From positions 558,001 to 622,000 of the forward strand of contig CM030333.1 in the NCBI GenBank assembly GCA_017654855.1: a stretch of 64,000 bases of DNA, given 5' to 3'. The translations under genes were made by a program, and so were the position numbers. This document shows positions 52,744 to 64,000 of this stretch, one piece after another. How positions within the stretch are numbered: the first letter of the stretch is position 1; every line of letters starts with the position of its first letter. The notes under the pieces were generated by a model. That model was not told the origin of the DNA. It made no database searches and saw nothing but the letters and a program-made list of their open reading frames with translations. Origin of the DNA: Podospora anserina. Taxonomy: Eukaryota.

Positions 52744-55700
52744 ATGAGCTCCTCTCCGACACTGCCTTCGCCAGGCCAATGGCCACCGCGAAGGCCCTCC
52801 AAAAGAAGTGTATGTTATTATACTCCATCACGCGACATGATCCCCAAACTAATCTAACATCCTCAGAAACTGCGCAATGGCACCTTCATCATCCCCGCCA
52901 CCGGCGAGCGCTCCCGCCGCGTCTTGACCCTCCGCACCAACAGCTCCGGCCTATCCTCCCAAACCGACGGCACCCGTTCCCGCTCCCTCTCGGGCCTCAC
53001 CACCTTCCCCTACGAACAAACATCCTTCTCCGACCGTTTCTCCCACCTTGCGCGACAAACCCGCGAGAAATGCGCCTGGATCCTCCGCTGGCTCGACTCG
53101 CCCGTCGGCCACGGCGTGCTGAAATGCACGCTGGCGTACACACTCGGCAGTCTGGCTACCTTCTGGGCGCCCATCTCCGACTGGTTGGGCCGGCCGGACG
53201 GTAAGCACGTGGTGGCCACGCTGACTGTTTATTTTCATCCAGCGAGGTCCGCCGGCTCGATGATTGAGGCGGTGCTGATTGCCATTGTTGCGGTGGTGTA
53301 TGCGCAGATTGTCTCGATTTTGTCCATGGCGACTTCGGTGCTGGTGGGAGGGCAGTGGCATTGTGTTCCCTTGGCGCATGCGCTGGTGCTGGCCGTCTTC
53401 ATAGGGGGAGGATTTGGGTTTATTGGTTGGGTGAAACAGCGGATGGGGAATCCGTTGGTGGATGTGGGGAGTACGCTGGCTTCGTTGGCGATTATTGGGG
53501 TGGTGACCAAGGAGACGGCGGTGTTGACGGGGGTGTTTTCGAATCAAAAGATCATTCAGATTCTCAAGATGTTCTTTTTGGGGGTCAGTGCTACTACCGC
53601 GGTTAACCTTTTGGTGTGGAGGGTTTCGGCGAGATCGTTGTTGAGGGACACCATGACCAAGTCTTCGACTTCGCTGGGACACATGCTGGCCTTGATTACG
53701 AGTGGGTTTCTCAGTGGCTCAGAGGAGGATGTCACGTCGGGCCAGTTTGCGGCTGCTTCAGCTGCGTACAACCAGGTGTATCCTCAGATGATTAAGAACC
53801 TACGGGAGTCCAAGTTTGAGCGGTATCTTCTGGGTCAGGAGAAGCTGTACCAGCTTGACAGAGCTGTTGTAAGGTCTATGGAAAGGTTGGCACAGTCGAT
53901 TGGTGGGCTCAGGAGCGCGGCCAACACGCAGTTTGCGCTGTTGAGAGAGTCGATGATGCAGGGGTCTGGAATGATGTCTCCGGCGGCGTCGCTCTACTCA
54001 CCCGTCTTGCAGCGGACGTTGTCAAACCCCCTTAAGAGCGGGAAAGGGTTTGGTATTTTGTCCGCGATTGACGAGGCGTCAGACGAGAGCAACGAGGACG
54101 AGAGAGGCCGTGTTAAAGACCGGCGTCGATCGGATGCTACGACTGCTAGCATCCCGTTCCGCAACTCTTCTGATATCTTTGAGCTCTTTATCAACCTGCT
54201 GGGTCCGTCGATGAAGTCCTTGGCGTATACGCTCTCCGAGGTGCTGCGCGACCCACCATTTGGCACGGCCCCCGACTACGACATCACTATCAATGATCAC
54301 TTCCGCCAGAGTCTTACCGATGCTCTGTCACTCTTCAACGGGGCAAGGGCGGACGCTCTTCAGGAGTTGTACAAGCACATCGAGCTGGATCGTACGAGAT
54401 CGGCCAGTATCCAAGCCGACTTTGAAGAGGTGGCGGCGGCATGTGGCCACTTCAGTTTTAGCCTGCAAGCGTTTGGGGAGGAGATGCAAAAGTACCTCGA
54501 CGTGCTGGATGATTTGAAGTTCGCCAATGAGCACAGGTTACGGAGCTGGCATTGGATGAAGTGGTGGGGCAACCGACGCGGATACAACAACCGCAAGATC
54601 ACGTTGCCGTTTGACCATGCGGAACGGGAGACGCTGATCAAGCCGATCAAGAAGAGCCAGATGCCGAGGGGTATTGCGGATTCCATGGTGCAGAGACGTG
54701 ATACGTATGCATGGAGTGCTGTTCCTGGGACGAACAAGGTTATTGCTACGCTCTCCCAGAGGCTTCTCCGGGTGTTGAGAAAGGTGGCGAGGGATGACAG
54801 TGAGTTAAATTTCTAGCTGCTATGAAATATGCCCATGCTAACAGGTAAACAGTCCGGTTCGGCTTAAAAGTCGGGGCTGGAGCAGCATTTTGGGCCATGT
54901 TTGCCTTCATTCCGCAAACTAAGGATACTTACCAGCACTGGAGAGGCGAATGGGGTCTGCTGTCGTTCATGATCGTGTGCTCCATGACGGTTGGCGCATC
55001 TAACACCACAGGCTGGGCCAGATTTATGGGAACGGTGGCCGGTATCTCAGCATCGGGCTTCAACTGGACTATCAGCCAAGGCAGCACACTGGCACTTATC
55101 CCCCTCGGAGCCATGGTGGCCTTCTGGGCCTTTGTCGTCATTGTCGCTTGGGGTAAGGCTCCGCTGGGTAGAATCACGCTCCTCGCCTACAACGTTTCGA
55201 CCCTGTACGCCTACAGCCTGTCGCAAAAGGTGGATGACGACGACGACGATGAAGGCGGCTCGAATCCCATCATTGGGGAAATCCTCCTCCATCGTTTCGT
55301 GGCTGTCACGGCTGGTATCTTGTGGGGATTGATCATTTGCCGGCTGGTGTGGCCCATATCGGCACGCAAAAAGTTCAAGGAGGGCTTGAGCATGTTGTAC
55401 TTGCAAATGGGGCTCATCTGGAAGCGAGGACCGCTGGCTATCCTGCTCAGGAGTGATTGTTCCCGGTCCTATCTACGGTCTGGTGAGCAGGCTGCTCTCC
55501 AAAAATACGCCGCCCGGCTGGATGCCCTTCGTGGGAGCGCGACCAATGAGTTCGAGCTCCGAGGTCCCTTTCCAGCCGAACAATCCGCTCGTCTGATGGG
55601 CTGTGCGCACCGGCTCTTGGACGCATTTTACGCCATGTCACTGGTCACGCAGAGGAAGGGCAGTTTAACGGAGGGGGAGCGAGCGCTGCTGATGTACACG

Positions 55701-56105
55701 GCTGACGAGAGAGCGCAGCTGTGCGAACGCATCTGTCATGTGTTCCAAGTGCTGGCTTCTTCCCTGATGCTGGAGTACCCCCTGACGGACGCGGTGCCGA
55801 GTGTTGACCGGACGAGGGACAGGCTGCTGGCCAAGATTTTCCAATTCCGAAAGGAACACAATCCTAGCGTGGTGCTGGACTATTCTTCTTCTAATGCGGG
55901 AAGTGGTAGTATCGGGTCGTCGGGGATGGGGTTCGGAGGACTGCTGGGTAAGCTGTCGCATTTGAACGTGGAGGAGAGAGATTATGCTCTGCTGTATGCA
56001 TATGCCTTGGTAACAGGGCAGGTGTCGGAGGAGCTCAAGGTGGTGGCCAAGGAGATTGAGGGGTTGTTTGGTGTGTTGGATGAGGATGCGCTTTTGTTGC
56101 AGTAA
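52744..56105 (+). CDS. FUSC/ArAE (aromatic acid exporter-like) multipass membrane protein, ~1083 aa
   Basis: TVYFHPARSAGSMIEA, IRFGLKVG, RGEWGLLSFMIVCSMTVGASN, EFELRGPFP. Introns 52810-52866 and 54800-54852. Confidence 0.8.
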
Positions 56106-56583
56106 ATAGGGTCAAGATTGAGTACGATAAGGGAGTGACGGCGGGCTAAAAAAGGAGTTGGTTTGGTTTGGGTAGGATGGGCAATGGGAACAGGAAAGGG
56201 AATTTTTATGGGAAATAGCATGGTAATGATACCTAAGAATAAATGACATAGATGTACAAAGTTCACTTGAAGCCTTTGGTGACGTTGGTGTGGAGGTGTT
56301 GTCCGATGCCTGGCTGGAGTCTGATGTTTTGTTAGAAAACGGACTTTGACTTTGAACTGGCAGGTTGTCATGGGCACCAGTCACTGAACTCATCCCGCGA
56401 TATCCCAGACTTCCCCAGACTTTTGCCCGCCACTCATGATCATGACGCTGTTGACATCTCGCGACAACAGGCAGGACGAGGTCAAGAAAATGCCAAGGAA
56501 AGACATTCTTGTTGTCTGATTGGACAATGGTTGGCTGACAATGGGCCTCTGTGGAGCGCTGTCTGAGCTGTGACCCGCCTGTT

Positions 56584-56670
56584 TCGCGTCGTCGCGAACA
56601 ATTTACGCGTGAATGCAGCGCGTCGCGCCAGGGGCAGGAATCCTGGATCCCTGCCTTTGCTCCTTCGCGT
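56584..56670 (+). promoter_or_regulatory. Cluster of MCB-like (ACGCGT / CGCG-core) cell-cycle elements upstream of CDT1
   Basis: Perfect ACGCGT at 56605-56610 plus TCGCGT, TCGCGA, GCGCGT and TCGCGC within ~90 bp, about 180-260 bp upstream of the CDT1 ATG. Confidence 0.55.
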
Positions 56671-56845
56671 TCTTCACTTTTTAGCAATCCACTCTCGACT
56701 TCAACCTGCACTTGCTTCTGTTTTCCCTCCATTCGCTCTTCCCAGCTGTTTTCAAGACATCGTTCTCTACCCAAAAGATACCCAGCTGTGACTTCCCATC
56801 AACTCCTCCAACAAAACATTGCAGGAAAGAAAGAACCAGATCACC

Positions 56846-58315
56846 ATGCCTGGTTTAATAACTCCCCGTAGGACGCGGTCCACCGTCAAGGGCACCAAGA
56901 TCCCTCCTGCCACGTCGAGTATTGCCAACTTAACAAAGATCTCTAAGCTCTCGACCCTTGGGAAGGACGTCACTTCCGAGAAGAAGGCCACCACCGGCAC
57001 CATCTTTGGTCGCACCTCCAACATTGAGATTGTCCTCACCACAAAGAAGAGGAAGGTTCAGGATGAGGTCGAGCCCACACCCAAGAAGCAATGTCGGGAG
57101 CCCGAGTCGAGACCAATCACGACTACCATTCCTGTTTCGAAAAGGAAGAAGACTGTCACATTCGACCTGACTGAGAACTCCGCCCCGGCCAAGCCAACTC
57201 CAAAACGCGCCGCTCCGGCATCCACACCCAGCAAGAAGCGGTCATACCAAGCCGACGACGAGACCGATGCCTCTTCTCACACCTCGGCTCTTCTGGAACG
57301 TCTCAACATCCGATCCCCCATCCCGAAGCGCACCAAGACAGTTGTCACCCCAGCCCAAAATGATTACGACCTCCCCCAAGAGCTCCTCGACCTCCTCGAC
57401 ATGCAGACCGCCTTCCTCAAGACCCTGAACATGGAATACGCCCACAATGGCACCAACTCCCCCATCGACCTCCGAAACCTCTACCCCAGTGTCACCCGCA
57501 CCTGGGGAAAGCGTAGAGTGTTACTCGTCGACATTCAGCGTCTGCTCGGAGTCCTAAACTGGACACCCGCCAAGTCCTCCCTCGAACCCCTTTTCATCCT
57601 CTCCGACTATGGCCGCCAGAAAATCTGCATCGACTTCTCCCCATCCCTGCCTGCGGGCCCGATCAGAGAGGCCGACTTGAATATGGATTTCAAGTCCAAC
57701 CTCCGCACGTTGTGGATGTCCTCCAACAAGAACGTCACCCTCTTCCTCGGCACCCTCCCCAAGGCTCCAATCAAGAAGTGCGAGAGCCTTCTCAAGGCCG
57801 CGATCCCAAAGCAGACAACCCTTGACTCCCTCAAGGCTGGTATCCAAGCCAGAAAAGAAGCCGAGCAAGCCGCCAAGGAGGAAGCCGCCAAGAAACTCGA
57901 GCAGGCGGTCAAGCCTGACGGAACAAAGATGACGCTGCTGGAGCGGATCAAGATGAAGGAGGTGGAGCTGAAGAATATGCCCGCGGGTCCTACGCCTCAG
58001 GAGCTGCAGAGGCAGGCGGCGCTTCACAGGGCGGAGGATGTGGCGGCCGTGATTGGGATGTTGTGCAAGGCCAGTGGTGGGCAGGCGAGGGTGTCGTTTA
58101 CGATGCAGCAGGTCCTGACCAAGCTGAAGGATTCGCTGAGGACGCCGATTAGCAGGGAGGACGCGGGGATTTGTGTGAGGTTGTTGGCGGCGGAGGTGAC
58201 GCCCGAGTGGATTAGGGTTGTGAAGCTGGGGGCGAGGGAGATGGTGGTTGTTGCTGTTGCTGGGCAGCCTAGTCTGACGGTGTTGAAGGAGAGAGTTGGC
58301 AAGTTGTTGGGTTGA
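56846..58315 (+). CDS. CDT1: DNA replication licensing factor Cdt1, ~489 aa
   Basis: Basic disordered N-terminus; LPQELLDLLDMQTAFLKTL...TRTWGKRRV; SDYGRQKICI; TLLERIKMKE; C-terminal winged-helix-like SFTMQQVLTKLKDSLRTPISREDAGICVRLLAAEVTPEWI. Confidence 0.78.
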   Translation: MPGLITPRRTRSTVKGTKIPPATSSIANLTKISKLSTLGKDVTSEKKATTGTIFGRTSNIEIVLTTKKRKVQDEVEPTPKKQCREPESRPITTTIPVSKRKKTVTFDLTENSAPAKPTPKRAAPASTPSKKRSYQADDETDASSHTSALLERLNIRSPIPKRTKTVVTPAQNDYDLPQELLDLLDMQTAFLKTLNMEYAHNGTNSPIDLRNLYPSVTRTWGKRRVLLVDIQRLLGVLNWTPAKSSLEPLFILSDYGRQKICIDFSPSLPAGPIREADLNMDFKSNLRTLWMSSNKNVTLFLGTLPKAPIKKCESLLKAAIPKQTTLDSLKAGIQARKEAEQAAKEEAAKKLEQAVKPDGTKMTLLERIKMKEVELKNMPAGPTPQELQRQAALHRAEDVAAVIGMLCKASGGQARVSFTMQQVLTKLKDSLRTPISREDAGICVRLLAAEVTPEWIRVVKLGAREMVVVAVAGQPSLTVLKERVGKLLG

Positions 58316-59536
58316 GGGGAGGTTGAGATTAGGGTTGTCTGGGTGTGGCTTGAGGTTATTTACGGAAAGGGTGGGGGAGTCTGGGTTATGGCTTGGGAAG
58401 ATGATGCGTTCTTTTTCGAAATGGGAAACATGAAGAAGGAAAAAAAAAGACATGGTGATACCCCTGTATTTTGTTGGGGAACTTTATTGTATAAATTTCT
58501 GGGAATGGGGACTTTGGGGGTATGTTATTACTACTACTTTTATAACTTTGCATTTTGGGGTGGGCATGGCATTGCGTTTTTGTTGTACTTCATGGGAAAA
58601 GTACGCGCGTGGTATTATGGCATAGCATAGTTGGACTGAGAAGTCTGTCGTGTTTGAATGAAGAAGAGTCAAAGCAAGAGTTGTGCCTGGTGGGCTTGAT
58701 GTGTGTTGGTGTGGAGATATATACTCATCACTGCGGAGCAAAGCTTTTGGAAGAGGGTTTTTGTTTGTGTTTCAAACAGCAAGACGTAGGTAAACACTTT
58801 GGGACTTTCTGACTGAGATGGTCATTTTTGAGAGGAGAGAGATGCATGCATGCCATTCTCAACTTTTTCCGAATGGCACTTGAAAGATAGTCCGCCGACT
58901 TTTAGAAATCCTTGGTAGGTCTCCGAGGATAGTTGTTGATAATCAGTTCAGGGTATTCAAAACATTCCATACCTACCATGATGCCCAAACCCAGTGTAAC
59001 AAAAGCGTAAGCACAAGGATCTCCCATAACTGCTGGCTAGATAGGCAACCTGGAATACAGGCGCACAGTGTTCAACCAAGTTTATTGCACATTGTACAAA
59101 ACCCCTATCATCTTCCATCTTGACTCCCCTTCCAGATCTAACAAAATCGCCTGCCGGGCTTGGCACACAATATCCATCGTCCGCCCCATCCATCCAAGCA
59201 GCTTCCCAAGCCCCCCCCAGAAAAACCCATCCCCCCCTATCCTCCCGTTTAGGCTGGGCGAGAAGTGATGTTGTAGTTAGGTCAGGACAGCTGTTGGCTT
59301 GATTAAGAAGGCGACGGCATAAACGTGATCTGGTCTGCTGATATAGAACTGGTATTTCATCGCTGAAGCTATGGAAAGACTCTTTCTTTTTGTGCCCACG
59401 ATTCTGAACAGATCAGGGGTGGAGAAAAATGTGAGATGAGAGAAAATAGTGAAGAAAATCGAGGAGAAAAACAAGTCTGAAAAGAGATGATGATTTGATG
59501 CAAGGAAACACCCTTTTCTCGTACGAATGGTTTCTC

Positions 59537-61393
59537 TTAGTAGTGCCTGCCGCCTGAGGACGACCCCGGCCCCATGGCCCGTCGTAGGTTTTCCCTTCTC
59601 AGCTCCTCGGAGGTTAACTGTCTTCGCGGCGCAGGAGGGAGAGGTCCGCTGGGAGGAGCTGGTCGCATGGGCAACGACATGGTGGTTGATTTGGTGGCGG
59701 TACTGGGAGATGATGTGCGTTGAGGAGGAGCCATGCTCGGGGACGCTGTGCGCTGGGGGGGAGCCATGCTAGGAGAGGCGGTGCGCTGAGGGGGAGGAGC
59801 TGTACGTTGGGGAGGAGGAGCCATGCTGGGGGAGCCGGTACGACGAGGGGGCTGTTGGTCTTCATAGGCAACAGAGCCAGAGGGCCTGGATCTGTGCTGC
59901 ATCACCGAGTTCGTGCTGGCTACTCGCGGTCCCAGTCCCGGATGTACATTCGCTCCACCTGCGCGGCCAAGGCTGATTGATCCGCTGCCGCTGCGTGGCG
60001 GGGGTCGTGTCGGTACGCTATCAAATTGGTCACGAGGTGACACCATGGTCCCCAAGATGGGAATCTCACCTGAAGTGGGTGTTTGCTGAACCCCCCCCTC
60101 ATTCTGTGCTGGGTACGATGGCGAATCACTGGAGCGCAGGAGATCCTGGATAGCCGGAGAGAGCTGCGGTGCCAGATGGGACTTGCGGTTGTCCCTATCC
60201 ATAAGACCGCAGGCCCATTCCCTCAGATCCACAGGTGTTCTCTTGGCTGCTTGTACAAAAGGATCGCGGTCCTGTGGGTTGGGTCAGTGTCGGTGTTGAG
60301 TAACATGCTAGGTGAGCCATCACTTACAAAAAGCTCTTGAGGGGTTGGTCGGCGCTCGGGTTCCTTGTACAGACACTTCTGAATCATATCATCAAGAATC
60401 TGAGGGAAGGCGTCGCTCTTGGGTAGCCTGGGCGCGGGCTCGTGTACAATCTGCTGAAGCAGGTCAAGAATACCGGCAGGGGCGCTCTCGGCATCAGAGA
60501 GTTGGTCCGCTGCGGCGAATGGGAACTTTCCAATAGCCAGTTCCATGATGGACAAGCCGAAACTCCACACATCTGACTTGACCGTATACTTCTCACCCTG
60601 AATTCTTTCAGGGGCCATGTATGTTGACGTACCGACAAAGGTGTCAGCGATCGAGTTGATGAGCTCACCGGATACGCCAAAATCGCAGAGCTTGATGGAT
60701 CCTCGCGAGTTGACGAGGATGTTGGAGGGCTTGATGTCGCGGTGCATGATGTGGTGTTTTGAGTAGAGGTATGTAAGACCTCCAAGAGTCGCCTCGGCGA
60801 TCTTGCCCAAAACATCCACACGGACGGGACCGAATACTCGTGATACCCTGTCCAGAGAGCTATCCGAATTACTGTCAGCCGTGTCAAACACCTTGAGAGC
60901 AAGAATACAACACACCCGACATCCATGTACTCCATGCACATGATCACATCGTTGTTCTCGTTCAGGAAAGCGCCGTAGAAGGTCACGATGTAGTCGGAAT
61001 GGCAGCCACGCATAATCTGAAGCTCACGAACTATGCGCTTCCGCATCTCCTTCTTGGCCTCGACATGAATGATCTGTCATTTGGAGGTTAGAACACCCAA
61101 GGAGCCAAGCAAGCCACCTTACGAAGACTAACCTTGCGGGCCATCACTGTGTTGGTCGGGATATGCTTGACTTTGCTGACGGTTCCACCATTGCCAGCTC
61201 CAAGATCCTTGATGATCTCCAGGTCTTCAGGCTTCAAGTCCAAGTTGAACTCGATACCAATTTCTAGCTGTTCGTCTTCCCCCTTTGGGCGAGCATTCTC
61301 GGCGGTCGGGGGAGGCTTAGGGGCGGCAGGTGTCAGAGCAAGACCCTTGACGTTCTTGCGCTTCATAGAGCGCGGGGCGAATGCGTCAGCCAT
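59537..61393 (-). CDS. STE7: MAP kinase kinase of the Ste7/MEK-2/Fuz7 type, ~561 aa
   Basis: Docking site MKRKNVKGLAL, LGAGNGGTV, HRDIKPSN, DFGVSGELINSIADTFVGTSTYMAPERIQG. Introns 61074-61132, 60861-60916, 60272-60327. Confidence 0.93.
59700..59847 (-). repeat. Coding tandem repeat (33-nt unit, QRTASPSMAPP) in the MAPKK C-terminal tail
   Basis: GGAGCCATGCT recurs at 59727, 59760 and 59817. Peptide: RRTGSPSMAPPPQRTAPPPQRTASPSMAPPQRTASPSMAPPQRTSSP. Confidence 0.8.
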
Positions 61394-63520
61394 GGTAGAC
61401 GGTTCGAATTCGCGACGAGTCTTGTGTTTCGATTGTCTGGAATTACTGAGCGCGCGCCGAACCTGATCGCAATTGCCTGCGGGCAGGAGGCAACACAGGT
61501 GGAGTTTGGGCTCGGGGGGCTGGCAGGCAGCTTTGGACCGTTCGTCGGGCGCCGGTGAAAAGTAGTCTGTTGCTCCGTGGTAACCCTCTCAGAGCTACCG
61601 GAGACTAAAGATAGGTATTACTGGCAACGGATTCTCGCGTACCTCCTCGGGGTGCTGGGCTCGTCGCGTTTAGTGAGCGGTGGATCGGGCAAACCACAGT
61701 GTTGGAGAGGTCCTCGTAACCTGGAAGTCCTTGAGGCGGTATACGTATGATATGTAGGCTACAAGGCAGGTAGACACAGACAAGGCGCAGCACAGGTTCA
61801 AAGAGATAGTGAGTGAGGCCTTAAAGCGATGGCAGCGGAGAAGGAGGTTTCATTCAGAAAAAATCGGGGGGATGTGGACGTTTCCTAAGACTGAGTGTCG
61901 CGGACGGTCAGTGGCAGTCAATGTGGGGTTCCAGGAGGTGGCCTGGGCTGCGAAGAGAGAAACGAGGCACAAAGGAGGGGTGGTGTCCGTGATCCCCTGC
62001 GATTGGGAGGAGACAGGGGATGAGCCAGGGGCACGTCCCATCAAGGTGCCCTCCACCTGCCAACTGCCACTGCACGCTCACCAATGATTTCTAGAGAACG
62101 GCTGGTTTGCCGCCAATATTTGCAATGTCTTGGATGAGAGTCAGCAGTAAAGGAAATGCGACTGGATTTCCCAAGATGCGAATAAAAGGCGCAGAGTTGA
62201 CTTATCAGTATTGTCCATGTCTCTCAAAGCACAGTGTTTGGTTGAAATGGACTGCACTGTGTAAGGTAACCAAGACTTTCAGTTGTGATGGGAACCCAAC
62301 TTTGAAGATGGGCTGGTAGCTACTGTAAACCTAGGTGGTAGGTCCGTTCGTTATGGCCTGGATCTGAGGTCATTTTATTACGAATTCAATATCGAGGTGC
62401 AGGATGAACGGTCCCCTTGCACTGGCAGGAAATCTCGAATCCGCGGCGAGAAATAGGGGCAGGCGTGTTTCGTCTGGTTTTGGTTTTTGGTAAACCATGC
62501 CGTCTGGCTTGATTGGGAAGATTTCATGCGACCTCTATATCTGAAGAGAGCTATCGCCCACGACCGCGGAGATAAGCGCTGGGCGTTTAACTGCCCACTG
62601 CGTTTGGGCTGCTACCGCCACGCTACAGCCGTCCTCCCTTGATGATCTCATCCCTGGCCTCCAAGAGCCGAGTCGTTCCCGGCCTCCACTGCACATCAAG
62701 GAGTTTCCTGGGTAGCTTCCGCCCCCGCGCCGCCCCGCTGCCGGGGAAGCGAACGCCGAACCCACGTGCGTCAAGCCCGGGATGCTATTCCCGACCGACC
62801 TGAAGCTTTGAGGAATAAAAAAGTGAGATACTACATAGAACAGAGACTTGAACTGTAGTTGGAGACAGGGGACAGTGTACGTTACACATCATCAATATCA
62901 GGGATTTCTGAGAATGATATTACAGAGCTTAAAAATCATTGGGATGCGGCACCAGTGTGTGGATCTGAAATGGAAAGTATTCTTCGTTAACCAGCAATTT
63001 TAAAGGATGCCGGGATTTTGCGTTGGAATCGAGGGAATATAAATTCAAAGCAGCATGTATTCAAGATTGTGCGTTGGCTACTGGGCGAGAACAGTTAAAG
63101 TTGAATCCCAAGTCTTACATCACTGGACCTTGAAGCACGGACCACCTACATACTCTGCACGATTACAGGCGAGGCTGAACGCGTCGTGGTGCCACAGTTG
63201 GGGCGTGCGTTGCTCCAAAAAAACCAATCTTCCTGGCTTCGCAGCAGTGTCAGCCTTCCCGTCTGTGTCGCCGGCAACTTTTGGCAGCAGGCAGCCAGAA
63301 CCTTTGAGATCCCCACCACTCGCTGGACAACTTGCGCCGGCCACTCCTTTCCCTTTTCTTTTGCTTTCTTTCCTTCTACACCACACGCCCGCGCCCAATT
63401 GCCAGCGGCGCTTCCCACTATCGCAAGTGACCGCTTTTTGGCCAAGCAACAAAACGCGCCAACTTACTCCGTAATACTGCTGCAGACCGACCTTCAGTTT
63501 GCGCGATCCCAACCACGAAA

Positions 63521-64000
63521 ATGAGCAACGACTTGCGCAACTTGATCGATGGCGAGGCCGAGCTCGATGACGAGGATGATGATGCCTCCTTTGATGAGGA
63601 GGCCGGCGAGGGCCGTAGGGACAAGCCCTTAATCGATGATTCCAGCGAGGAAGAAGATGATGACGATGATGAGGAAGAAGCTAGAAGAGTATGCTCCACC
63701 TTCACCATGCGCCCACCATCCCTAGTTTCTGTTGCTAATTCATCTTTGACGTGCCTAGATTCGAGAAGGCTTCATTGTCGATGAGGACGAGGAGGAAGAG
63801 GAGGACGAAGATGTCGAAGAGCGACGCAACAGAAAGAGGCGTCGGAGAGCCGAAAGAGAAGAAGAGCAACTCGATGAAGAAGATCTCGATCTCATCGGTG
63901 AAGCAAACCCAGACTGGGGACGCAAGGCACAGCCCCAGGTACGCTCAGCCAGTTGATCATACCAACATTCATCATGTGCTAACACCATGTCCAGCAAAAC
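63521..64000 (+). CDS. SPT6: Transcription elongation factor / histone chaperone Spt6, 5' partial
   Basis: Acidic N-terminus [18 protein letters not shown], intron 63689-63758, then [10 protein letters not shown]...[13 protein letters not shown]. Runs off the window end. Confidence 0.85.

Noticed and set aside
62492-62498. AAACCAT resembling the snR30/U17 m2 motif
   Set aside because: No m1 motif upstream and no ACA box downstream.

Overview
Eukaryotic, intron-rich fungal DNA. Gene content, GT-AG introns with CTAAC/CTGAC branch sites and codon style suggest a Sordariales fungus such as Podospora (inference). The window holds about 19 spliced protein-coding genes: PPR protein, Mug65/Spo73-like dysferlin-domain protein, small membrane-anchored protein, PRP6, OSH3-like sterol carrier, F-box protein, MOSC/ferredoxin oxidoreductase, MFS transporter, RRP7, MBF1, GFA/Mss4-like protein, Cys-rich type-I membrane protein, SNF1, DUF3176-like membrane protein, HAD hydrolase, FUSC/ArAE-like transporter, CDT1, STE7-type MAPKK and the 5' end of SPT6. 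It also holds a decayed tandem DUF3176 paralog and gene-poor stretches with weak coding relics (1-6.9 kb, 25.4-28.9 kb, 36.4-37.3 kb). The best finding is the DUF3176-like gene at 45596-47838. It splices cleanly across four introns into 667 codons and has a single defect: an in-frame TAG at a Trp position, where the adjacent paralog has TGG. The context (U-A-G-U-G) fits sexual-stage A-to-I 'restorative' mRNA editing, making it a candidate pseudo-pseudogene. Lesser leads are a 4-copy intergenic motif, a possible stop-skipping intron fusing GFA to a basic tail, in-frame uORFs, many in-phase SNF1 acceptors and MAPKK tail repeats. No tRNA, rRNA, intact transposon or CRISPR array was recognised. 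All family assignments come from motif recognition, not database searches.
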